DNA of 64,000 nt, from the IMG/VR virus record IMGVR_UViG_3300028805_000046, positions 120,672-184,671 of that record. One strand, given 5' to 3'. How positions within the stretch are numbered: position 1 is the first letter of the stretch; every line of letters starts with the position of its first letter. The notes beneath the pieces were generated by a model, which saw only the letters and a list, made by a program, of their open reading frames with translations, made no database searches and was not told the DNA's origin. Origin of the DNA: a virus. Lineage: Duplodnaviria > Caudoviricetes. The position numbers and the translations under genes were made by a program. Below are positions 1 to 10,248 of the stretch, one piece after another.

Positions 1-1110
1 AATATCTTCGTTGAAGAGCTTACTGACCGAAATTCATTGACTTGTTCAGTGTTAAGAAAGCTTGGCGTACTCGATGAGACAAAGATTGATTTTCTTAACA
101 GCGTCATTCAAGATTACGAACAGTTCCAGTCAACTATCTGTAACTTCGGATTTACTTTCAATTTTGGTCTTTCTGCATTGAAGAAAATCTTGATGACATA
201 CGTCGAGACGATTTCAGGATTTATCAAGATTCTTGAAAGCAAGAAGAAAGGCATGAAACGCCTTTTGCAGTCATACATTGACCGCTTGATGGACTTGGGA
301 ATATTTGACTTGCTTCTAAAGCTCAGAAAGTTCTTTAGCTGCGTGCTTTCAAATTCTGATACTTGCGCTAACATCGCAACAGCAGCGAACTACTATGCAG
401 ATGTTCTTGGTAAGTTGCATATTCAAGAAAACGGCCTTGGCGGCTACATGCTTAATAGCGATGACTTGAACAAGTACAACAATGTATTTGACTCTCGTCT
501 TAATAAGATAGGCGAAGCAAAGCAAGAACTGCTTGGTATCATTGACTCGCTTGTAAACCCGTCAGAAGTAGTCGCTGCTAACAAGGCGTTCAATCTTTCA
601 ACGAATATCTTCCCAGGTGGAATGAGCTGGTCTGACATTAAGAATGGCGACTGGCGAAATAACAGAATGACGAAGTACTTGAAAGTTAAAGCAGATGCAT
701 TTTTGAACGCATTTGTCACAAAGCACGAAAAAGATCTTGGCGAAAGCTATGAAAGTGTCTCGACTGAGTACTTGATTTCTGGAATGACTATCAATGACCA
801 TACTGGCGAAATCCGAATGCAAGTCAATAAGATTGATGAAACGATAAATCCAGAAACTGGTTTAAATATGGATGGGTATGATTACAATCTGTTTGAAGTT
901 GTAAACTGCGACATCGAGTACAACATCGCAGCAGATGAAAACCCAGATGCTCCTGAACCAATCCTTTGGAACGGTGAACTTATTTCCGGACTACGTGCAG
1001 CAATCATGGCTAGCGTAGAAAACGATAAGAAGATGCAGGAGTACATAACAAGTGTTCATACGAAAACCGCTGATATGTTCAGCGAAGGTGAATTAGTGAC
1101 AGAATGGTAA
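1..1110 (+). CDS. Hypothetical phage protein, 5'-truncated by the window edge
   Basis: The frame is open from base 1, in frame with the ORF-track start at 37; no recognisable motif. Confidence 0.6.
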   Translation, partial: NIFVEELTDRNSLTCSVLRKLGVLDETKIDFLNSVIQDYEQFQSTICNFGFTFNFGLSALKKILMTYVETISGFIKILESKKKGMKRLLQSYIDRLMDLGIFDLLLKLRKFFSCVLSNSDTCANIATAANYYADVLGKLHIQENGLGGYMLNSDDLNKYNNVFDSRLNKIGEAKQELLGIIDSLVNPSEVVAANKAFNLSTNIFPGGMSWSDIKNGDWRNNRMTKYLKVKADAFLNAFVTKHEKDLGESYESVSTEYLISGMTINDHTGEIRMQVNKIDETINPETGLNMDGYDYNLFEVVNCDIEYNIAADENPDAPEPILWNGELISGLRAAIMASVENDKKMQEYITSVHTKTADMFSEGELVTEW

Positions 1111-1119
1111 GGTGAATTT

Positions 1120-1521
1120 ATGAGTATAGAAAAAGAACAAAGAGACATTCTATTTGAGGCTTGCAGACAGATAGCGACAAACAAGAGAACTCCGCCCTGG
1201 ATTCAAGGCTATTTGACTCAAGCAGTAATCAAGGCAAAATCAGTAGCTGAAAACGGCGGCGCATTTCCTGAGTCGCTTGATGCCGGAACGAAAAACAATA
1301 TTGAAGAAAAGCCTGCTGCAGAACCTCTTGCTGTCGGCGATGATGTCTCGACGAAAATGTTTGATAAGACAACTTACTTAGCAAAGATAGTAAGAGATGA
1401 TGGAATTTGCGATGGCGTTCAACTATTCAGCATTGGAGAATTGAGAGGAAACGGTCCTCGTGGAGAAATTGCTGGATATGTCATTCCAAACGTTCCAGCG
1501 CATTGGCTAAAGAAGGAATAA
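1120..1521 (+). CDS. Hypothetical protein
   Basis: 133-aa ORF with AAGGTG RBS in a tightly packed operon. Confidence 0.6.
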   Translation: MSIEKEQRDILFEACRQIATNKRTPPWIQGYLTQAVIKAKSVAENGGAFPESLDAGTKNNIEEKPAAEPLAVGDDVSTKMFDKTTYLAKIVRDDGICDGVQLFSIGELRGNGPRGEIAGYVIPNVPAHWLKKE

Positions 1522-1523
1522 AG

Positions 1524-1940
1524 ATGTTTAGATTAGACCAGAATCCAGATTTTAAGAATCAAGGCGAACTCTATAAGCCAAGTAACTATCTTGACCTTAA
1601 TGGAGACGATCTTTCACAACAGGTCGTTATTCATGGTACTGATGCGATTGACCAAGCCATTGAAGCAGTAATCGTAACTGAACCTTGGGAACGCCTTTTC
1701 AACATTGATTTTTGGTCTCCATTCTATAAGCTTCTTTTCAGTACAGCAAATAACGTAGATAGCATAGTAAGTGAAACTTTTGACATGATTGAGCGTTGGA
1801 CAGGCGTCATCATTGAACGCAGCAAGGCCAATGTAGTCGTTGACTCCGACAATCATGAAGTAGCGCTTAGCATTCCGTATCTTTATGTAGACAACGGCAC
1901 TACTTATTCACATACTTTCTCACGTGTTATTAGCAAATAA
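1524..1940 (+). CDS. Baseplate wedge subunit, gp25-like
   Basis: DAIDQAIEAVIVTEPWERLFNIDFWS matches the gp25/GPW pattern (I.T.pGER.F.p.FG); start moved to ATG 1524 after AAGGA. Confidence 0.75.
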   Translation: MFRLDQNPDFKNQGELYKPSNYLDLNGDDLSQQVVIHGTDAIDQAIEAVIVTEPWERLFNIDFWSPFYKLLFSTANNVDSIVSETFDMIERWTGVIIERSKANVVVDSDNHEVALSIPYLYVDNGTTYSHTFSRVISK

Positions 1941-1966
1941 AGCAAATAAATATACTGAAGGTAAAC

Positions 1967-2407
1967 ATGGACTCAAAATTTACATTTAGCGATTACGTAG
2001 CGATGGTGATGAATAAGGCGTATAACCGTGAGGACATCAACGACACGCCTGCGGTTAGCGATGATTCGGGTCCAAGTCGTGAAATGTTCAATGCAGATCC
2101 AAAGAAATGGACTGCTAAGATCATTGACGGCGAAAAGATGCTTTTCTTCAATAATCGTTTCTTGAACATAACGAAATTGAAAGATGCACTTCAGAAAGTC
2201 TATAATGACAACGGATATCCACACTACGGATTCAGCAAACTTGGCGAATCTGAGCTTGTACGATACAAGACGCTTCGTGATATCTTGATGAACGAATTTT
2301 TGGACGATATGGGTGAAGATGAACTTGACCCTGAAGAAACTGCCCAGACAATTTTTGATAATGAGGCAAAGGACTTTAACTGGAAGCCAGAACAGTTGAC
2401 AATGTAG
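1967..2407 (+). CDS. Hypothetical late protein
   Basis: 146-aa ORF after an ATAAATA element and AAGG RBS. Confidence 0.6.
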   Translation: MDSKFTFSDYVAMVMNKAYNREDINDTPAVSDDSGPSREMFNADPKKWTAKIIDGEKMLFFNNRFLNITKLKDALQKVYNDNGYPHYGFSKLGESELVRYKTLRDILMNEFLDDMGEDELDPEETAQTIFDNEAKDFNWKPEQLTM

Positions 2408-2414
2408 GTAGAAA

Positions 2415-2822
2415 ATGGCGCAGATTACAAATAAGTTACTTGAAGTAAGATTGAAAGTAGATGCTTGGATCATTGAAGAGACTTTGACACGAATGGGTAT
2501 TCCCGACATCAAGAACAAAGTCTTATATCAGTCTTGTCATCTTTTGAAGCAGTTTGGTTCATACTATATTGCTCACTTCAAGCAGCTGTTTGTACTTAGC
2601 CGTGGTAAAGACGGCTACCCAGGTTTTGGCAACGTTTCGCTAGAAGACATTGAGCGTAGAAATTCCATTGCTTACTGTCTTATCAAATGGAATATGATTG
2701 AAGTAGTCAATCCCGAAGAAATTTCTGAACATGCTACTCGCATATTCGTTTTGCCACATGCTGAAAAACATAAATGGCAGCTTATTAAGAAATTTAATGT
2801 CAAGAACATTAGCGAAGAATAG
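2415..2822 (+). CDS. regA: Translational repressor RegA
   Basis: ETLTRMGI..LYQSCHLL..YYIAHFKQLF..DIERRNSIA..W, the T4 RegA signature. Confidence 0.92.
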   Translation: MAQITNKLLEVRLKVDAWIIEETLTRMGIPDIKNKVLYQSCHLLKQFGSYYIAHFKQLFVLSRGKDGYPGFGNVSLEDIERRNSIAYCLIKWNMIEVVNPEEISEHATRIFVLPHAEKHKWQLIKKFNVKNISEE

Positions 2823-2830
2823 AGGTTTAA

Positions 2831-4300
2831 ATGGCTGAACCACAGAAACAACAGAAAACAAAGACAGTAACTGGCAGAAAGAAGAATGCATTTGTCGCCA
2901 ATGATTTTGCCAAGAATCTTGGTACTTGCGCTGCCATTCGTGCTACATTCAATTTAGGAAATTTCGTTGGAAAGGGAAATTCCGCAAAGGAACTTGCTGC
3001 AAATACGAAAATTCCTAACATGGAAGACGTTTATGAAATTGCTTGTGTAAATTTGCCTGAAGAAGCTTGGAAAGGCAAATCTGTTGATGCTATTTTCAGT
3101 TATCTTGCAGCAAAGAAGGTATTGAACGTTTATAAGGAAGCAGAGAAAAAAGTAGTCACTCAGAAAGGTGAAGAAATCACTGATGAAGCAGTTCTTAAAA
3201 ACCCAGCTGTAATGAAAGACAGTAGCGGAAAGGCTTACTATCAAAAATTTAAGCGTGAAATGTTTGCTGAATTTGAATCTGGCATTGATGCAGCACGTAC
3301 TGAACTTATGCAGGGCAAGCCTATTACAGATCCTTACACCAAAGAAAAAGTTGACGCATCTAAAGCATCAAAGATTCTTAATGGCGTTGGAAAGGCTGTA
3401 AATGCTGCTGGTTCACAGATTGGCTATATTCTTGGTTTAGACAAGTCAAATAAAGACATCTATTCAAAGATGCTGTTTTCAGTAATTGGTGGTGGTTCTA
3501 AACTTTGGGCTGCTGCAAAGAAGGCCGCTGCAACTGCAAAAGCAAAGAATCAGGAGCAAGGCAAAGAAAAGCCTGATGAAACAAAGCCTGAAGAACCGAA
3601 GAAAGAAATACCTGCGGAAGAACCGAAGAAAGAACCTGAAGGACAGGCAAACAATCCTGAGGGTGAAGAAGCACAGAAACCACAGCAGAAAGCAAATCCT
3701 GAACATCAGAAAATGGCTAATGAAATCAAAGATGATATTAGTGCATTAGCAGACAATCCAAACCCAGGTAGTTTGAAGACATTAGCTGGTAAAATCAAAA
3801 AATTTATAGCTACAAGTGGCAAAAAAGAAAATGTAAAAGCAACAATTCCACAATATAGAAATGCAGTTAAAGCATTACATGTAGAATCATTCACGGGTAA
3901 GTCTAAGTCTGAAACCTATTTTGAGATGATACTTGCTGAAGATATGATTGACATGCTTGAAGATGAACAACCATCGCAAGCTACGCAGCAACAGCAGCCG
4001 TCAGTCAAATCGGAAATTGCTGCACTTATAAATAAAATTAAAGAACTTGTTTTGATTAAAGACGATAATGAATTCAAGACAGAGTACGATAGATGGATAA
4101 AATCAGCAAAAGCATTGGTTGATAAAGCCATAAAAGACAAAGAACTTAAAAAGAAACTGATAAATGAAACAAATCCATTAGATGCTCTTTGTCAGCTACC
4201 TGGATATATTCAACAGCAGAAACTTAATGCTAGTTTTGATGCAGAAATTGCAGATGTCGCTAACAAGTTCTTGAACATGCTTCGCGAAAAGTATAAGTAA
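2831..4300 (+). CDS. Hypothetical protein with E/P/K-rich linker, possibly an internal head protein
   Basis: 489-aa ORF with GAGG RBS, followed by a terminator. Confidence 0.6.
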   Translation: MAEPQKQQKTKTVTGRKKNAFVANDFAKNLGTCAAIRATFNLGNFVGKGNSAKELAANTKIPNMEDVYEIACVNLPEEAWKGKSVDAIFSYLAAKKVLNVYKEAEKKVVTQKGEEITDEAVLKNPAVMKDSSGKAYYQKFKREMFAEFESGIDAARTELMQGKPITDPYTKEKVDASKASKILNGVGKAVNAAGSQIGYILGLDKSNKDIYSKMLFSVIGGGSKLWAAAKKAAATAKAKNQEQGKEKPDETKPEEPKKEIPAEEPKKEPEGQANNPEGEEAQKPQQKANPEHQKMANEIKDDISALADNPNPGSLKTLAGKIKKFIATSGKKENVKATIPQYRNAVKALHVESFTGKSKSETYFEMILAEDMIDMLEDEQPSQATQQQQPSVKSEIAALINKIKELVLIKDDNEFKTEYDRWIKSAKALVDKAIKDKELKKKLINETNPLDALCQLPGYIQQQKLNASFDAEIADVANKFLNMLREKYK

Positions 4301-4321
4301 TACAAGAAACCACATTCACTC

Positions 4322-4356
4322 AATGCACGGAAATAAAATCCGTGCATTTCTTTTTT
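4322..4356 (+). terminator. Intrinsic terminator
   Basis: AATGCACGGA/TCCGTGCATT stem followed by a T-run. Confidence 0.8.
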
Positions 4357-4393
4357 CTTCTAAAAATAGTTATATTTTAACTAGAGGTAGAAT

Positions 4394-4723
4394 ATGAAAA
4401 AGCGAGAATTAAAGCAATCAATTACAGAGATGATAGCGCTGTTTAACTCAAAAGATCCTGACGCAATAATGAATAACCTTCACATGACATGGTCACAGTT
4501 ATTTTCAGTCAATGTCAACAAGCAAGTGCTTTCGTGCTTGTTTTACTGGAACATCGTCAAAAAGCGAGATGATTTGCTGGAGTTGATTGTTGATGTAAAA
4601 GAAGACGAAAATTTTGACTACATTTACGACAGAGTAGCAGACATTTGGGAGAAAAGGGCTAGAAAAGAGATAGACGAAGCAATCAAGGAGATTGAGTCCA
4701 TACCTATTGAAGATCTCAAATAA
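4394..4723 (+). CDS. Hypothetical protein
   Basis: 109-aa ORF with GAGG RBS. Confidence 0.6.
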   Translation: MKKRELKQSITEMIALFNSKDPDAIMNNLHMTWSQLFSVNVNKQVLSCLFYWNIVKKRDDLLELIVDVKEDENFDYIYDRVADIWEKRARKEIDEAIKEIESIPIEDLK

Positions 4724-4742
4724 ATAAAATAAACAATAGGTA

Positions 4743-5798
4743 TTGAGTATGGTTAACATGAGTCCAGAATATTTTGGTAAGCCGGGTTTGATTCCGCCAG
4801 GTGACTATTGTCACCCGCACCACCGTATACCCAATGATGTGGAACATGCTTTTGTCGTTCCACCTGGACATGAGTGCTGTCCAGATGATGAGCCTGAATG
4901 CGTTTGTGTTACTTCAGGCGATGTAGCTAACTGGAACCAAGCCTATGAAACAGTTTCAGGCATTTCTCCTGAAGACTGGGCTAAATTTGCGTCAGGCGCA
5001 AGTGCCTATGGAGAAATTGCTTCCAGTGCAGATAAGTGGAATGAAACATACGGATTAGTTCAGGAAGGCAAGCCTCAATGGGATCAGATTTCCGCCTTTG
5101 AAATGGCGCTTACTTCTGCATGTGACGAATTGACTTCTGCTATCAATAGAAAGGCCGACAGTTTTTACGTAGATGAAAATTCTATTGAAGGCGATGGCAC
5201 CAGCGCTAAGCCTTATGGCGTTCGTAACTATCAGCAGTTGTTCATGAGTCGTGAACTTCTTAATTCAATCATCAGACACTTTAAGCAAGTAAATGACGAG
5301 AATTATCCACAGGTTATTACACTTGCAGAAAGCAGTGCATATTCTGGATATAATGTTCCGTTCCCAGCAAAAGAAAAAGATCCTCCTTGGATTTCCGATG
5401 CGATGGCTTGGTGGGTAAATGCCTTTGATTATCGTTTTAATGACAATGATTTGACTGATGCTTCGCAGTGGGCAAGCATTGAGCATAACTGGTCAGCAAT
5501 TCAAGAGCTTTGGAAACGCATTGGAGGTTACGGTTCTGCGATAGCAGTTATTGAAGAACTCGTCAAGGAAAGCGTTAAGTATCAGAGCGGTGATTACATT
5601 AAAGTATCACAACTTTCAGATGATGTTTATCAGATTGACCTTGACCAAAGCGCCGTTGATAAAATGGACAAAGGCGTTTCTGCATATAATGAGGTCAACG
5701 CTCTTAAGAACAAGATTGTAGAATACAAGTGGTCAACATCAGGAGCAGATCCTGCTGCTTGTGTAGGCAATAACATTATTTGGTTTAATGAGGACTAA
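4743..5798 (+). CDS. Hypothetical virion-associated protein; start may be 4749 or 4758
   Basis: About 350-aa ORF after ATAAATA; Cys/His/Pro-rich N-terminus. Confidence 0.55.
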   Translation: MSMVNMSPEYFGKPGLIPPGDYCHPHHRIPNDVEHAFVVPPGHECCPDDEPECVCVTSGDVANWNQAYETVSGISPEDWAKFASGASAYGEIASSADKWNETYGLVQEGKPQWDQISAFEMALTSACDELTSAINRKADSFYVDENSIEGDGTSAKPYGVRNYQQLFMSRELLNSIIRHFKQVNDENYPQVITLAESSAYSGYNVPFPAKEKDPPWISDAMAWWVNAFDYRFNDNDLTDASQWASIEHNWSAIQELWKRIGGYGSAIAVIEELVKESVKYQSGDYIKVSQLSDDVYQIDLDQSAVDKMDKGVSAYNEVNALKNKIVEYKWSTSGADPAACVGNNIIWFNED

Positions 5799-6122
5799 AT
5801 GGAAGCTATCTTGACGACAATTTTGAATAGTGGTAATGTTGTGGCAATCGTTTGCTTTATCATTTGCTATCTTGTGATATACTTTCAGCGTAAGAATACC
5901 GCTGCAGCTCGAGACGCGGCGATTATGGCGCTGGAGCAAGAAATTGCCAAACTTAAGACGGAGAAAGAGCTCATGAAAAAAGATATAGAAAATCTAAAGA
6001 ACGAACACTCCGATATTAAAGAAGACGTTAAGGAGATTAAGACAACACTTCAAACTATGGCTTTGGCACTTGAGCGTCTCGCTACTACGTCTGAATTGTC
6101 TAATAAGAAAGGAGCTAAATAA
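5799..6122 (+). CDS. Membrane-anchored coiled-coil protein (holin-like)
   Basis: One N-terminal TM helix (VVAIVCFIICYLVIYF) followed by a heptad coiled coil. Confidence 0.5.
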   Translation: MEAILTTILNSGNVVAIVCFIICYLVIYFQRKNTAAARDAAIMALEQEIAKLKTEKELMKKDIENLKNEHSDIKEDVKEIKTTLQTMALALERLATTSELSNKKGAK

Positions 6123-6517
6123 TGTTTAGAGATTTTGTGAATGAAAGCAAAGAGTTCAGTAAGTTAGAGGACAATCCTCTCATCTACACGCTTGTTATCG
6201 CAAAGCTTGCGAATAACTGCCCTGATGAAACAAAGAAGGACGAAGTTCTTAAGAAGGTGATTGAAAAGGCTGAAACTGTCGCAAAGCAGTTTGACACAAA
6301 GGCACTTAAATCAATCTACTCACCGATTGGTCTGTTCGGCGTATTTGAAAAGGCAAACAAAGCAGATCTTAAGACGTACATTTCACAGTACTATGAATCA
6401 TTTGAAACTGAAATCGCAAATGCAGAAAAATCGTTTGCGGAGGCTTTTAAGATTCATCAAGCCTTCAAAGAGTTAAAAGACAGTGATGAATTTAAAGATT
6501 TTCTAAAGAGTTTATAA
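6122..6517 (+). CDS. Hypothetical head-associated protein
   Basis: N-terminus MFRDFVNES resembles T4 capsid-targeting/protease-site peptides. Confidence 0.5.
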   Translation: MFRDFVNESKEFSKLEDNPLIYTLVIAKLANNCPDETKKDEVLKKVIEKAETVAKQFDTKALKSIYSPIGLFGVFEKANKADLKTYISQYYESFETEIANAEKSFAEAFKIHQAFKELKDSDEFKDFLKSL

Positions 6518-6520
6518 ATA
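6513..6520 (+). promoter_or_regulatory. T4-type late promoter TATAAATA
   Basis: Exact consensus upstream of ORF 6550; gp55 is present in the window. Confidence 0.75.
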
Positions 6521-6549
6521 ATTTAGAAAAAGGTTTTAGGAGATAGAAC

Positions 6550-7341
6550 ATGGGAAAAACAGTAACAAAGAAGAATCGTAAAAAGTTGAGCCTTTCTGAA
6601 GGATTCCTTGACGGAGAGGAAGCGCCAATCCAGTCACCAGAAAACACTGAGCCGGAACTTCCAGAAGAAGGCGTTCCTGCTAATGACGATCCTGATAATG
6701 ATCCCGCTGAAGAACCAGTAGAAGGTGGCGAGCCTGCTCCGGAAGAAGGCACACCGGAAGAGTCACATGCAGAAGAAACCGGTGTTGAAGGCGCAAGCGA
6801 TGATGACGTTCAACGTGACCAGCTTGACGCATTGCAGACATTGACTACTGCAGTTCAGGAACTTACCCAACAGATTAAGGATATGCAAGCAAATCAGGAA
6901 CAGTCTGCAGAACCTGCTGCTGAACCTGCACCAGCTGAGCCTGCATTGGAAGAACCTGCCGCTGAACCTGAAGGAGAGCCTGAAGGTGGTGAACCTGAGG
7001 GAGAACCAGAAGGCGAACCTGAATCAGAAGACGGAGAAGAAAAGCCAGCTAAGTCACACGACGATTTTGATGGCGAAGAAGAAAATTCCGAAGAAGATGA
7101 AAATGAATTGCCGCCAGAAAGTGCAACAGTTGAATCTGTAATGAAGGAACTTTGCGAACCAGGAAAGATCTTGAATGAAAACAGCAAATACATGACTGGA
7201 AAGATTTATCAGCATCGTTTTGATAAACTCGAACCAATTATCATGGCACTTGTTAAAGCCAAGATTAAGAACCGCGTTGATGGAGCACGTAAAGAATTCC
7301 GTGCTCAAGTATTCAAGCAGCAGTACGGCGACGGCGAATAA
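6550..7341 (+). CDS. Acidic E/P-rich protein, possible prohead core protein
   Basis: Highly acidic EPEG repeats with LSE/LNE sites; late promoter upstream and terminator downstream. Confidence 0.5.
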   Translation: MGKTVTKKNRKKLSLSEGFLDGEEAPIQSPENTEPELPEEGVPANDDPDNDPAEEPVEGGEPAPEEGTPEESHAEETGVEGASDDDVQRDQLDALQTLTTAVQELTQQIKDMQANQEQSAEPAAEPAPAEPALEEPAAEPEGEPEGGEPEGEPEGEPESEDGEEKPAKSHDDFDGEEENSEEDENELPPESATVESVMKELCEPGKILNENSKYMTGKIYQHRFDKLEPIIMALVKAKIKNRVDGARKEFRAQVFKQQYGDGE

Positions 7342-7364
7342 TTCATAAAGTTCTAAAACCTGAG

Positions 7365-7391
7365 AGCGGTAGCGTTTTGCTACCGCTTTTT
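7365..7391 (+). terminator. Intrinsic terminator
   Basis: AGCGGTAGC/GCTACCGCT stem followed by a T-run. Confidence 0.8.
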
Positions 7392-7411
7392 CCAGCCTAA
7401 TAAATATTTTT

Positions 7412-8008
7412 ATGGAAGAACAGTTCAAAACATTGTGCGATACATTTAACATCAAGCCTACCTCTGAAGAGAAGGTTAAAGAAGAACTTACCCCGCAAGT
7501 AGTTCAAGATTTGCGTGCTGAACGAGAACAAGAAGAAAACGATGACGAAAAGAAAATCGTTACTTGGAAAGGTCAGAAGTATACGCTAAAGCATCTGAAA
7601 CTACTTGAGACAATGTGGCAAGAGAAGATACACGCCGACGGCGATGTTCTTGAGACTCTTCGCCAGATGTGTAAAGTTGGCGCTGCCCCTCGTTACTTTG
7701 AAGTCTATTCTTCATTGTCTAGCACACAGGCATCGCACTTGAAGGAACTGGAACAGTTAAACAAGATCATCACTGATTATCAGGTTCAAGAAACACGTGA
7801 AGAACTGCAGCGTGCTAACATGGAACAGAAAGAACGCCTTATGCAGCTTAGAGCTGACCAAGGCGCTAACGGCGAAGGCGGTGGCGATACTTACATTCAG
7901 AACAATATGATCTTCACTTCATCGCAGCTCCTTGACATGGCTGAAAAGGCAGAGAAGGAAGCGATTGAAATTGAAAGTCAAATAGAACCAAAATTTAACT
8001 TAGAGTAG
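7412..8008 (+). CDS. Terminase small subunit, gp16-like
   Basis: PRYFEVYSSL and C-terminal NNMIFTSSQLLDM resemble T4-like gp16 motifs (PR.yEV..L; NN.f..st.eL). Confidence 0.75.
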   Translation: MEEQFKTLCDTFNIKPTSEEKVKEELTPQVVQDLRAEREQEENDDEKKIVTWKGQKYTLKHLKLLETMWQEKIHADGDVLETLRQMCKVGAAPRYFEVYSSLSSTQASHLKELEQLNKIITDYQVQETREELQRANMEQKERLMQLRADQGANGEGGGDTYIQNNMIFTSSQLLDMAEKAEKEAIEIESQIEPKFNLE

Positions 8009-8011
8009 GTA

Positions 8012-9049
8012 ATGCTTTATTCAGTTTTTTATAAGATAGAAAATCGTGATAAGTTCTTTTCGCGTTTCTGTAAGAGATATATAAAAACAACAGATGAGTC
8101 GCTTTACGAAAGTATAGTAGACACAAATGAAGAACTTATGGAATTGATTGTCAAGATGATTCTTGACGAAGACGAAGAAAATTTAATGTGTCTACTGGCA
8201 AAGCAAAACTCAAAGAATGCACGAATTTTCTTTGACTACTTTACTGGTTCTAAAACAAAGCACTTGAAGAAATTGGATATTGTAAAGGCAGTAGCTGCCT
8301 ATTTTAAAAAGGAGAAACGAATGAAAGACATTTCTGAATTTATGTGTGAAAGGGTCAAGCCTATTAAGCTCACAGAATTTAAGTATGTTCCATTCAAGTT
8401 GACAGAAGCTGATGATGAACCGGATTTCGGCGAAACAGACACTGGAGACGCTGCATTCGGTGATGATGCACCAGCCGATGACGCCGCATTCGGTGATGAT
8501 GGCGGATTTGGAGGCGATGACGGCGGTTTCGGAGGCGACGGCGGAGATCCGTTCGCTGAAGAAGGTGATGAAAACATTGATGGCAGCCAGAATAACGATG
8601 AACCGAATGAAGACGATCCTTATGATCTAGCAAATCATGAAGACGATCCTGACTTCGCTAACAACCAGAAGAAAGGCGAACTTGGCGAACCCGAGCCAAA
8701 TGGCGCATGCGTCCTTGACGTAGACGGAATCATGAAGTCGCTTAACGCTGTCATTGAAGCACTTCCTGACATTGAACTTGCTGAGATTGATGCAGTTAAG
8801 AAGGTCATCACAATCGTTTTCAACGGTAAGTTGCTTAAGGACGAAGATGTAATCTTCCAGAATCCGAAGAACGCTACTTATTTGCTTAAGAAAGTCGGTG
8901 AAAATGTTGATGAACGTACTTATCGTTACTTGGTATTGAAGATCAAGCAAGCACTTACTAAGCTCCGTGATGCTCGCAAGGAAGAACTTGCCAAGATGAA
9001 GAACGATACTCAGAACGTTCGCAATACTCTTGCTGATATGGATAAATAA
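8012..9049 (+). CDS. Hypothetical protein with D/G/F-rich linker; possible internal start at 8321
   Basis: 345-aa ORF; in-frame ATG 8321 has an AAGGAG RBS. Confidence 0.6.
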   Translation: MLYSVFYKIENRDKFFSRFCKRYIKTTDESLYESIVDTNEELMELIVKMILDEDEENLMCLLAKQNSKNARIFFDYFTGSKTKHLKKLDIVKAVAAYFKKEKRMKDISEFMCERVKPIKLTEFKYVPFKLTEADDEPDFGETDTGDAAFGDDAPADDAAFGDDGGFGGDDGGFGGDGGDPFAEEGDENIDGSQNNDEPNEDDPYDLANHEDDPDFANNQKKGELGEPEPNGACVLDVDGIMKSLNAVIEALPDIELAEIDAVKKVITIVFNGKLLKDEDVIFQNPKNATYLLKKVGENVDERTYRYLVLKIKQALTKLRDARKEELAKMKNDTQNVRNTLADMDK

Positions 9050-9078
9050 GTTAGAATTTGAGTTGATGTGAGGTTATT

Positions 9079-10236
9079 ATGCTAAGTGCCAGAACGAACG
9101 ATGGCAAAGACTTAGTTCTTATCATTGCGGCTGACAGATCAGGATGCAGTCATTATCGCCTTAGATGGAACTCTTTGTTCTTGGGCGCTTATGAGCATCT
9201 TGGCTTCACGCCTATCGTATTGCCTTATCCGATGTTTGACGCATTCTACTTGTCAAGGGCTAAGGCAATTATTTTTCAGCGACCTGTTCATGATGACAAG
9301 ATAGAATTTGTTCGCCGTTACAAGACTATTCAGCCTAAGTACGGCTATAAGATGATCTTTGAAACAGATGACCAGGTTTTCTCTATTGATGGCGAAGTTC
9401 TGCCAGAATACAACACAGCAAGCCGTGGTTTCAATAAAGATGAAGTAGACAAGAACTGTGCTACTATTCTTCCGTGGTTTGATGAAATCGTTGTCTCGAC
9501 AGAATATCTTAAAGAACAGATTGAAAAGAAGTTTGATGTTCATAACGTCACCGTGATTAAGAATGTAATTCCACGCTTCATGTGGAGTTTCCCTCGTAAA
9601 AAGGACATCACTGAGGATCTTAAGAAACCGACGATTCTTTATTCTGGTTCTCCTTGCCATTACCAGAACCCAGTCCCAAAATGCCAGATGTTCCCAAATG
9701 GTCTGCCTCCTCTTAAAGGCGACTTTGACAACGTCTGGCTCGACTGGGTAATTAAGAATGTCAGAGAACACAAAATCAACTTTGTCGTAATGGGTGGTTT
9801 GCCTTGGTTCTTTGAACCTATCAAGGATGAAATCTATATCTGTCCTTGGGTAGATACGAACTCGTTCCCACGTCAGGTGATGGACTTGAACGCTGACTTC
9901 TGTATTGCCCCTCTTGTAGAGAATTCATTCAACAAGTGCAAGTCAAGCCTTCGTTTCTATGAATCTTGCGCTTCTGGAATGGTCTTTATGGGAACGGTCT
10001 TCAAGGACTCGCCATATCGTGATGCACATCCAGATTCTCAAGTAAAGTTGAACTGTACATACACTGAGCTTGACGAACAGTTCTGGAAACTTTGCAAGAA
10101 GGAGAACTATAACAAGGTTCTTAACTGGCAGTATTCATTTATCAACACAAGCGGAACTTGGCTTGAAAGTGACAAGCATGTCAATCAGTGGCTAAATATG
10201 ATTGACAATCAGTCAACAAGAAAAGATCTGATTTAA
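9079..10236 (+). CDS. Glycosyltransferase (GT-B/family 1-like)
   Basis: ADRSGCSHYRL, IFETDD and IAPLVENSFNKCKSSLRFYE motifs typical of phage GT-B proteins. Confidence 0.8.
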   Translation: MLSARTNDGKDLVLIIAADRSGCSHYRLRWNSLFLGAYEHLGFTPIVLPYPMFDAFYLSRAKAIIFQRPVHDDKIEFVRRYKTIQPKYGYKMIFETDDQVFSIDGEVLPEYNTASRGFNKDEVDKNCATILPWFDEIVVSTEYLKEQIEKKFDVHNVTVIKNVIPRFMWSFPRKKDITEDLKKPTILYSGSPCHYQNPVPKCQMFPNGLPPLKGDFDNVWLDWVIKNVREHKINFVVMGGLPWFFEPIKDEIYICPWVDTNSFPRQVMDLNADFCIAPLVENSFNKCKSSLRFYESCASGMVFMGTVFKDSPYRDAHPDSQVKLNCTYTELDEQFWKLCKKENYNKVLNWQYSFINTSGTWLESDKHVNQWLNMIDNQSTRKDLI

Positions 10237-10248
10237 GATAAATAATAC

